Shown piece after piece: positions 18,301 through 26,900 of a DNA stretch of 42,242 nt (position 1 is the first letter of the stretch; every line of letters starts with the position of its first letter). A program made the position numbers and the translations under genes. Under the pieces are notes generated by a model. The model did no database searches, was not told where the DNA came from, and saw only the letters and a program-made list of their open reading frames with translations. Source of the stretch: Terriglobales bacterium (lineage in GTDB: Bacteria; Acidobacteriota; Terriglobia; Terriglobales; Acidobacteriaceae); contig DATIYR010000125.1 in NCBI GenBank assembly GCA_035517535.1, positions 1 through 42,242 of the forward strand, written 5' to 3'.

Positions 18301-20953
18301 GATAACGCAGCTCCGAGGCCAAATCGCTTATGGCAGGAAATGCGCTGTTGCCCGCCGCAATGATGCGATCGAGAAGCGTTCTTTGCTCTTCGCCGGGTTC
18401 GAAGCCGCGGCGCTCGGCATCCTGCAATCGCCGTCTGAGCAGGCCGAGGACTGGCGCAACCTGCTGTTCTGTACGCTGATGAGACTTGTAGATCCACAAG
18501 AGAGCTCGCTCAAGCTGAGTAGAGCGACGCAAACTGTACACTCCGTAATGCGCCAGCGCCCGCCGCAGCGCCTCCACAAAATATGCAGGCAGCCCTTCGC
18601 CTTCGGTATCAAGACTGCGCAGAAAGGCGAAAAGAAAGGCTTCAGAGGTGGGCGCTTCGCCGCTCGAACGGTGGTCCACTTCAGGTTCGCGCTTAAACAA
18701 GGAGCAAACGTCTACGAAAATATTCAGGATTTCATCCTCGGCATCGCGCAGTTCCTCGCCCTCGATTGGCCGGGTCTTGGTCCACTCTGCAAGCTGATTC
18801 GCCGTTTGCCTGGGATCGACATCAAATCCCAGCATCAGCTGCCGCAGCTCATCCAACGCTTGACGATAATCAGCGGGAATCAAGTCTGGAACTTCTTCCC
18901 CGCAATACGACGCGCCAAAGTGAATGCGTTCTTCCTGGCCTTCAGGCTGTGCTGAGAGTTCGGCATCAATTTGAAACAGCGGCGCGCCAGTATCAACCTG
19001 CACATTGGGGATGATCATCACTTGGCGCACTCTTCCTGAGAATGGCGCCACCACCTGCATCTCCATCTTCATGGCTTCGAGCATCGCAAGCCGGCCGCCG
19101 ACAGAAACCGTATCGCCTGCCTTGACTGCGATGGAAGCCACCACGGCGGGAGCAGGTGCATGCACAATGCCACCGTCATCGCGCTCGATCTGATGCGAGA
19201 CGCCGTCCACCTCAATCCGATAACTCAATCCGTGGATGACCGAAACCACGTGGAAACGGCGGCCAAATGCTGTAAGCCAATGCTCATATTGGCCGAGGCG
19301 ATCGACTTCGACTTCGATGCGAGAGCGATCGACCTCTATGCGGTAATGCTGCGGGCCCACGCGAAAGACGTTGAGTGAATAAGAATGTCCGCCATGACGC
19401 AGTTCGGCAGTGCGTCCTATTTCGCTCCGTATCTGCGGCCTTCCACGCACCGCCGATGCATAGAACTGCGACTGCTCGATCGCGAGTTGAGCTTCGTAAG
19501 ATTCGATTGCGGCATGCAGGAGCGCGATATCTGCGTATTGCCGCGAAACATGATTTCCACTCGCCGCCAGCTGGTCCAGCCAGCCAATGTTCACATCCGC
19601 GCTTTTCACTTCCTTGCGGCTCAAGAGCTCCAACAGAAATGCTTTATTGCTGGCCCCACCTTTGATCACGACCACGCTCTCGCGCAGCACACGTTGCAGA
19701 CGGGCCAGGGCTTCGTTCCGGCTCTGACCATGGGCGATGATCTTGGCGATCATGGAATCGAAATCGGCGGGTACACAGTCGCCCTCGCCCACTCCCGTGT
19801 CCACCCGGATTCCGGCTCCGGTAGCAATCCGGAACCGCTCAACCACACCGGGCGCGGGCGCAAAACCATTTTCCGGATCTTCCGCGTTGAGGCGAACTTC
19901 AATCGCATGACCTTTTGTGGGCGGCGGGTCTCCGACCAGGGTTCCGCCACGTGCCACATGAATTTGCAGTTTGACGAGATCGAGCCCAGTTGTGCATTCT
20001 GTGACCGGATGTTCAACCTGCAAACGAGTATTCATTTCCATGAATGAGAAACTTTGTGATTCCGGCTGATACAGGAACTCGACTGTGCCCGCGTTGTAAT
20101 AATGTGCTGCCTTCGAAAGGCGCACCGCAGCCGCGTGCAGCTCCTCGTCCTGCTCCGGGGTGAGCATTGGGGATGGCGCTTCTTCAAGAATTTTCTGGTG
20201 CCGTCGCTGGATGGTGCAGTCGCGTACGCCCGCGGCCCACGTATTTCCAAAATGATCGGCGATCACCTGCACCTCAACGTGGCGCGCACCCTCGATCAGC
20301 CGTTCCATGAAAACCGTTGGATCGCCAAACGCTTTAAAAGCTTCGTTGCGGGCGCATTCGAATGCGTGAGGAAGTTCGTGCGCGAAATGAACCTGGCGGA
20401 TACCGTGCCCGCCGCCGCCAGCTGTCGCTTTAATAAGGAGCGGAAAACCCAGGCGTTCTCCTTGACGCAAGGCGTCATCCACGGTTTCAACCGGGCCGCC
20501 GCTCCAGGGTGCAACCGGTAGTTGCGCCTGTTCGGCCAGGAGCTTCGAGGCGATTTTGTCACCAACGTGACGCATGGTGTCGCCGTCAGGCCCAATGAAC
20601 ACAATGCCCATCTCGCGGCACAAATCGGCAAATGCAGCATGCTCGGCAACAAATCCCCATCCCACCCACACTGCCTCAGCGCGCGTCGCGGCGAGCGCTC
20701 TCTCCAGCCTCCCGTAATCAACGTACGCGCTTTTCGGCTGGCGGGTGCTCGCATCCAGAACCTGCGCTGGGCCGAGGCTAACGGCTTCATCAGCCTCGCG
20801 TACGTACATTGCGTAACGGTCGGGATCGGTGAACAGCGCGATGCTGTGCAAAGACGCACCGCGCTCCTGATTGAACTCACGCGCTGCATGGATGAATCGC
20901 ATGGCAGGTTCGCCACGATTCACGATTGCGACGCGTTTGAATTCGTAATTCAT
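15353..20953 (-). CDS. Single-chain multidomain acetyl/acyl-CoA carboxylase (BC - BCCP - central region - eukaryote-type carboxyltransferase)
   Basis: 1866 aa.
- N-terminal biotin carboxylase: MNYEFKRVAIVNRGEPAMRFIHAARE.., ATP-grasp.
- Biotinyl motif LEAMKMEM: Lys629, minus-strand AAG at 19067-19069.
- C-terminal CT: ..LANLSGFDGSPESMRRLQLEYGAEIGRAVVNFKGPMVFCVISRYHGGAYVVF.. resembles the homomeric eukaryotic ACC CT. Confidence 0.9.
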   Translation of the reverse strand: MNYEFKRVAIVNRGEPAMRFIHAAREFNQERGASLHSIALFTDPDRYAMYVREADEAVSLGPAQVLDASTRQPKSAYVDYGRLERALAATRAEAVWVGWGFVAEHAAFADLCREMGIVFIGPDGDTMRHVGDKIASKLLAEQAQLPVAPWSGGPVETVDDALRQGERLGFPLLIKATAGGGGHGIRQVHFAHELPHAFECARNEAFKAFGDPTVFMERLIEGARHVEVQVIADHFGNTWAAGVRDCTIQRRHQKILEEAPSPMLTPEQDEELHAAAVRLSKAAHYYNAGTVEFLYQPESQSFSFMEMNTRLQVEHPVTECTTGLDLVKLQIHVARGGTLVGDPPPTKGHAIEVRLNAEDPENGFAPAPGVVERFRIATGAGIRVDTGVGEGDCVPADFDSMIAKIIAHGQSRNEALARLQRVLRESVVVIKGGASNKAFLLELLSRKEVKSADVNIGWLDQLAASGNHVSRQYADIALLHAAIESYEAQLAIEQSQFYASAVRGRPQIRSEIGRTAELRHGGHSYSLNVFRVGPQHYRIEVDRSRIEVEVDRLGQYEHWLTAFGRRFHVVSVIHGLSYRIEVDGVSHQIERDDGGIVHAPAPAVVASIAVKAGDTVSVGGRLAMLEAMKMEMQVVAPFSGRVRQVMIIPNVQVDTGAPLFQIDAELSAQPEGQEERIHFGASYCGEEVPDLIPADYRQALDELRQLMLGFDVDPRQTANQLAEWTKTRPIEGEELRDAEDEILNIFVDVCSLFKREPEVDHRSSGEAPTSEAFLFAFLRSLDTEGEGLPAYFVEALRRALAHYGVYSLRRSTQLERALLWIYKSHQRTEQQVAPVLGLLRRRLQDAERRGFEPGEEQRTLLDRIIAAGNSAFPAISDLASELRYRYFDQPLFERARKEVYDKVKQQLARIAANPEAPDRHEQVRELVECPQPLVGLLSSRFASSSMGMRKLMLEAIMWRYYRIRALENFRSLDIDGRCYAAAEYEHEGRRIHMFTTHTEYAQLANAATGICGLLKDVPEDHDIVLDFYSWHEGQPAEADCTQQELRTVLAGIKFPRLIRRIVVEVASSVHAQGAGGMQHFTFRPAGTNGYEEEKLVRGIHPMMAKRLHLWRLSNFNIERLPSVEDVYLLHCVARENPKDERLIACAEVRDVTPVRDESGRILKLPHLERMFTEALASIRLFQSSRPVNRRLWWNRILLYIWPPLNLQREELRDIVRRLTPATQGLGLEQVVVRTRIPNPATGEVRDMVVRISSPAGRGMVTSFRPADQQLEPMKPLDEYKQKVVRMRQRGMIYPYEIVNLITPPREHARSEFPPGEFMEHDLGAENRLVPVSRPYGQNKANIIAGVIRNFTTRYPEGMTRVLLLGDPSKDLGALAEPECRRIIAALDLAEEMKVPLEWFPISAGAKISMSSGVENMDWIARALRRLVEFTQAGGEVNLIINGINVGAQPYWNAEATMLMHTRGILVMTPKAAMVLTGKRALDYSGGISAEDNQGIGGYDRIMGVNGQAQYWAQDLDEACQILFRHYEHTYVAPGERFPRRAETADLRERDVRDYPHAGGEEGFTRVGEILSDETNPGRKKSFDIRNVMLATMDQDHVPLERWAGMRAAETAVVWDSHLGGYPVCLIGLESRPLPRFGFVPADGPDQWTSGTLFPQSSKKVARAINAASNNRPVVVLANLSGFDGSPESMRRLQLEYGAEIGRAVVNFKGPMVFCVISRYHGGAYVVFSRALNQQLEVAALEGTYASVIGGAPAAAVVFASEVEAKARKDPRLQPLAEAMAKAEGAEKGRLRAQWDELFAKVHSEKLGETAAEFDRVHSVHRALQVGALDCIIPPGKLRPYLIGAIERGIAREEESAKQEIAAVQAA

Positions 20954-20985
20954 AAGGCCTCGATCGACGAGGATCTCGGCACACC

Positions 20986-23900
20986 TTACGCCGCTACAGC
21001 TTCAAGAGCCATCGCGCCTTGAAGTTTCGCAAGACGCTCCTTATCAACGGCGTTGGGAACGGCCACTGTGCGATAACCTTTTAGCCGCAGATAGCAGTTT
21101 CCTTTCCCATCTACGATTTCAGCATCGAATTTGTCTTCGTCAGGAACTCGCGTTACTACTGCATATAACGGATCGGCAACGTTTTCACGCGCGCCGAATA
21201 GCGAAACTGAATCGATATGAAGCGGCAAACCCATCCAGCCCTGCACTCCCATTTCCCAAACGCCGGCAGTCTGGAAGCACAACTCAATCAGACGCGGCGC
21301 GGCTACGGTTTGCGACTCCGGCGGCACATGATTGTTGGGCAGATTGTTCGCCATCAATCCGATTATGCGATCACCGTCCCACCAGGCTTTTTCGATCACC
21401 TGATACGCAGGGCCGTGAAAGTAAAGTCCGTAAATTTCTTTCCGGTTAACGACATTTCCGGAAGGCGTCCCGATTTTTGGCACGCTCGACGGCTTCTGCG
21501 TTTCTCTGGTCAGCCGCACGCGCGCTGTGAAATGAGTGGTGACTTGCGGCTCAATCTGATTCGGCAGTGAACGGCACCCGATCAACTTGCAATCGGCAAC
21601 CAGTCCGTCGCCATCGGGATGAATCACGTTCTCAACTGTTACGGTTCGCGGTTCATTGCGATAAAACTTGAACGGCGTGTGATAGTCGACCTGCTCGACC
21701 GATTCAACATGCCATCCGGGTAGTGGCACGAGAGCGGCTTCTGTAAATGCCTCTACGCCCATCACACCCGGAAGCACGGGCGTGCCGTCGATCTGGTGAT
21801 CGTAGAGGAACGGCTGAACTTTGGGATCGAGAGTCGTCTTAATCGTCAATGGAGTCAAGACGCCTGAGCTCGCTATTTTGCCGAGCATAGGCTTCCGAGT
21901 CGCCGAAGCTTTTTCGCCGTTTGTTGCGGCGAGATCGATTCCGCCGCTGTCGTCCCATTCCTTCGCAAGAACGCCGAGCCTGTTTGCGATCACGACTTCG
22001 CCACGCGTGCCGCCTTCCGTCACTTCGCGCCGAACAATCGGGACTCCCGCTTCAGGCGGCAACATGTCGATGCCCGCCGCTTCCATGATCTTGGGGATCG
22101 ATCCGCGCGAGGCCATGCCGACTCCGCCCCATGCAGTCCAGTCAATAGCAATGCCGCGCGTCTGGAGACGGGTCGTGCGGAAGCTCGATGTAATCTTGCA
22201 AAGCAGATCATTGGCTGCGCTGTAATCGGTTTGGCCGGAATTGCCTAAGCGCCCGGCAATGGAACTAAACACGACGGTCGCTGCGAGTGGCATGTTGCCG
22301 ATCGCACGCAGCAGGTTGAAAAAGCCGTCGCTCTTCACGTCAAAAACGAAATCGAACTCAGCCGGCTGTTTTTCGGAAAGAGGCCGGCTACGCTCGATTC
22401 CCGCCGCGTGCAGCAAGAAGTCAACTCGTCCGCTGTGATCGCGCACCTCGCGAATGATCCTTTCAACCGCCTCAGCATTCGTGAGATCAACGCTGAAGTA
22501 TTTCGCGGTTCCGCCTGCCGCGCGCACCGCATCGATTGCAGTTTGCGCGGCGTGCGCCCGTTCCAGCGCCGCGAGTTCCTTCTCCATCATCACCGGAGTG
22601 GCACGCTCTCCGCGCGCCTGTATACGCGAGAAGAGTTCGCGCTTCAGCGCTTCCCTATCGCTGACGAATAGCTTAAGGTCAGGATTGTTTGGATCGGGTT
22701 CAGGCACAACGTCGAGAAGATAGAACGTGCCTCCAGAAGCCGCCGCCAGATCGGCCGTAATGGCGGAAACAATGCTTCCGGCCGCACCCGTGATTAACAA
22801 AACCGTGTTTTCATCGAGTGCGATGCCTGGCTGGCCATCGGCCGCAGGTTGCTCTTCGAGTCCGATCGTCCAGCGCAGCTTATTTTTGTAGCCTATTTCG
22901 ATCGCGCCGGGATCACACAAAGTTTCTTCAATCAGCAGCGCAGCGATTTCTTCCGGCTTGCACTCAATTTCAAAATCAACCGCCTTTACGAATGCATCTG
23001 GACGTTCCCGCTTATATGCCTTTGTGAACCCAACAACGCCTCCGCCGAGTGGGGCCGCTGCTCCGGCTGCATCGTAGCCGTGCTGGCCGCCGAGGCGCGT
23101 GGCTGAAACCAGGAACGTGCCTGGCTTGGCAATGTGCTCATAGAGCTTTCGCATAGTCGCGTACAGTAACTTCACTCGCATACGCACGGCCTCGTGCCAG
23201 GCGTTCAGATCCATCGTGGTGAGTTGGCCTTCGCTATCGAGCGCGGGCAACCAGTAGACTCCGTCTATTCGGCCGGCCATAGCCCAGTTCTCAATTTGAG
23301 TGACGATCGAGTCGGCAGTCGGCGCACTTTCGATCAACAAAACCTCGACTCCTTTTTCCCGCAGAGCTTGCGCCAGTTTCTGAGCAACGCCGGCTTTGTC
23401 GGGCATGACAATCACGCGCTTGCCGTGTTCGAGCTTCACGCCGCTTGGCTTGCAAATGTCGAGAGGTGGACGCAACATCGGTATCGGTACGCGCCGTGGC
23501 ACCTTGTTTGCAGCATCGAAATTCGCGGGCTCCGGGCGCGGTGTCTTTTTCCCTTCGACAGGTGCCGGCGCAGGCTTCCTATCCGCTTCTTCTTTCGCTG
23601 GAGCCGACGCCGATTGCCCTCCCGCCCTGTCCTGGGCGAACTTGATCACGTGCGCCAGCGTGGAAAAATCGCGCAGCTTCAGATTTTCATCGCGAGGAAT
23701 GTTGTACGACGCGCGCACCGCGGCAAACATCTCGGCTTGCTTCACGGTGTCGATTCCGAGATCAGCTTCAAGGTCGAGATCGAGATCCAACATCTCTTTC
23801 GGATAGCCGGTTTTTTCCGCGACAATCTCCAGCACTCTTTCCTTAATTGCCTCAATCGTGGGAGCAGTGCTGACGGGAGCATGTTGGGGTTTCGCCCTTT

Positions 23901-26900
23901 CTTGCACGCTTTCGGAAGTTATCTCACTCTTAGCAGCTGCCGGAGCAGCGGCAAGATCCGACCGCTTCTCATACACAAACCGAATTACGTGGCCCAGCGT
24001 CGGGTAATCGCGAAGCTTGCGGTTCTCGTCGCGGGGAATGTTATAGATCTCGCGGATCGCCGCAAACATCTCCGCTTGCTTCACCGTGTCGACGCCCAGA
24101 TCAGCTTCGAGATCAAGATCGAGGTCGAGCATCTCCTTCGGGTAGCCGGTCTTCTCGACCACCAGGTCGAGAATGCGTTCCTTCACGGCATCGCCGTTAG
24201 CAGGTGTAGTGGCGGTCGATTTGGCAGCAGCCGCGATCTCAGGTTTGGATTCCGATGTCTTGCTGACAGAGGGGGGCTCTTTCGGCTCAACTTTTATTGA
24301 ACTTGGTGGTGAGACGGCATTAGCAGAATCTGCCAAATCGGGCCGCTTCTCGTACACAAAGCGGATCACATGTCCTAACGTCGGGTAATCACGAAGCTTG
24401 CGGTTTTCATCGCGTGGAATGTTGTAGGTCTCGCGAATCGAGGCGAAAATTTCCGCCTGCTTCACGGTATCGACGCCCAGGTCGGCCTCAAGATCGAGAT
24501 CCAGATCGAGCATCTCCTTCGGATAACCGGTCTTCTCAACTACGAGCGCGAGAATGCGGTCCTTTACCGAATCTTCTGCGCTTCCTTTATTAGTAGGAGC
24601 CGCTTGGGGAAGCGGAACCGGCGGCGCCGCCGCAACCTTGACTTCAGCTTGCGGTTGCGCCTCGGCTACAGCGACGCTGGAAGCTTTCTGGATCGCCGGA
24701 GTCGCAGATACCTGCGCCACCGGTTTTACAACAGCGGTCTCGATCAAGATCGCTGGTTTCGCCTTAACCGCGGGCAAAGGCACTGCGTCGGCGTCCTTTG
24801 TCACATGAGCACCTCGCGCCGCTTCATCACGCACCCGCAGCGTGCGATGAACCACTTCCAAGTCGGCATTCTCATGCCCGGCCAATCTGCTGAGCCACTT
24901 CGCCCACGCTTCCTGGTCGGCTATTCGATAGCTATAGCCCAAAGCCTTCGGGCTGCGGCGAACTCCATCTTTCGTAACAAACCAACGCAACAACGTCATG
25001 CTGATCTGCGAACCGAACCCGGCGCCCAGCCGCAACGCGTATTCGATCGGATACGCGCCGCCCTTCGACAAGTTCAGTGTGCCCAGCTCGGGGTCAACTT
25101 CTTTGAAGTTCGCCACCGGCGGAACGATTCCTGTCTCAAGCGATTTCACGGCCAGCACATCTTCAACGCCCGCACCCATGGCATGGCCGGTAAATCCTTT
25201 GGTGTTAGCGATCACGATCTGATCGGCGGCTTTGCCAAAGACTTGTCGCAGCGCATGAATCTCTGCCGCAGCGCTGCCACCGCGCGCCGGGGTGTAGGTT
25301 TCGTGCGAAACAAAAACCGTGCGCGGCGCGATTTGATTGCGATCGATTCCGCTGCGAGCTTCTGCGGTTGCGATCAGAGTTTCCATTACCTGCCCGATGT
25401 GTTGAACATCGAGGCGAGTGCCATGAAAAGCGCTATTGGCGGTAACCGCGCTCAGCACTTCACAGATGGGCTGGATGCCGCGACCGCGCGCTGCTTCTGC
25501 GCTCTCAACCACGAGCCCAGCCGCGCCCATTCCAATAATCATTCCGTGGCGTCGACGATCGAACGGCACCGCGGCTTCTTCGACCACTTCATCGGTGGCG
25601 GCGGCGCCGCTGGCCAGAAATCCCGCGCCAAACCAGTCGATCAGGTTGTCAGTGGTGATGTCGTCCGCGGCAATCACAATCACGCGGCTGCAGCGGCCAT
25701 CGCGGATCCAGTCCTCGGCCAATGCAATCGCCTGGGTCGTGCTGGCGCATGCCGAGTTGATTTGCGTGTTCGGCCCACGCGCACCAATGAACTCCGCGAA
25801 TTGCGAGTGCCCCATGGGCAGAACACGGAAAAGATAACGGCGATCAAATACGTAAGGCTGTCTTTCCAGTATGTCGCACAGTTCTTCGATTCGCCGATCG
25901 ATTTCCTGGGCAAGGATGGAGTAGCCGTTCGTTTCTGTAACGCGTGCCCGAAGGCTCTGCAGGCCGGCCAACTGCTCGCGGCGGGCGTGATCGGCGTAGT
26001 AGCGCGACATCTCGTCCGCAAATGAATCAAGGCCCGGGAAAGCGGAGGCAAAGATTACACCGGTTTCATCTCGCAGCGAGTCGGGCAGCACCCAGCGGTC
26101 AGGCAGCTTGGTGCCTTTGCTCGTGGTCTTGTAATGCAGCACCAGAGGAATACCCGCATCGCGCAGCGCGTCGAGACCAACGGCAATGGCCAGTTGCGTG
26201 TCGCGATCGAGTGAAGCGCGCCGGTCCGCGGAAACTCCGAATTCGTTCTCCAGATCAAATGCGCCGGCGCGTCCAGCCAACTTGATCACATCGGCCACGT
26301 CAGTGATGGTTTCAAAGTTTCCGCCGCCATCATCGCTCTTGACCAGGCGTGTAATGTGCTTGTCAAGCATGGCGCGACGGAAGCGCGTAGGAATGGCGTC
26401 GATGAACTGATCGCCACGCAGCAACCGCGCGATGTTCGAGTCATCGAAGATATGCTCGCTTCCGGGCAATCCAAGCGCAGCGCCGGTGACGACCACCGGT
26501 TCATCGTTTGCGGCTGGGGTTTTGCCGTGAGTGATTTGCCACCCACGCTCGAGCACTTCTTCGAACAAATGCCCAAGTTCGACGTAACGATCGCCGTTTG
26601 AAGACGGTGTTGAAAATGACTTAACTGCACCCGACGCTGCGGTTCTTTCTTTCTTCGCAGCGATCGCTTGGGAGGGAGCGGGCCTATACATTCGAGTTGT
26701 CTTCGGAGTTTCTGCCGAAGCGGTTGTGACAGCTACTTCGTTCGTATCTGGCGTCCCGCACCCCAATCCCGCTGCATACAGGCAGCACAGCGCCTGATTG
26801 AACGAAATAATGTCTCCGACCTTCGGATGATTCGTGAACAGCCAGGTCACATCGCCGCGCGGGCCAAGCACGTCCTCGGCAAATCCCTGCAGCGCTTTCT

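Noticed and set aside
23626-24561. Periodic DNA repeats that could be mistaken for a CRISPR array or a mobile-element repeat
   Set aside because: The repeat period is 339-381 nt. The repeats are in-frame within the PKS ORF and encode ACP domains separated by Ala/Pro linkers. There is no short repeat/spacer structure and no cas genes.
23194-26025. Long plus-strand ORFs (368 aa at 23194-24300; 473 aa at 24604-26025) antisense to the PKS. Similar long antisense ORFs occur at 35810-37441, 17963-18955, 10167-11024 and 4186-4977.
   Set aside because: They are typical GC-rich antisense open frames: Arg/Gly/Ala/His-rich translations with no recognisable motifs. Each lies fully inside a gene with unambiguous family signatures on the other strand.
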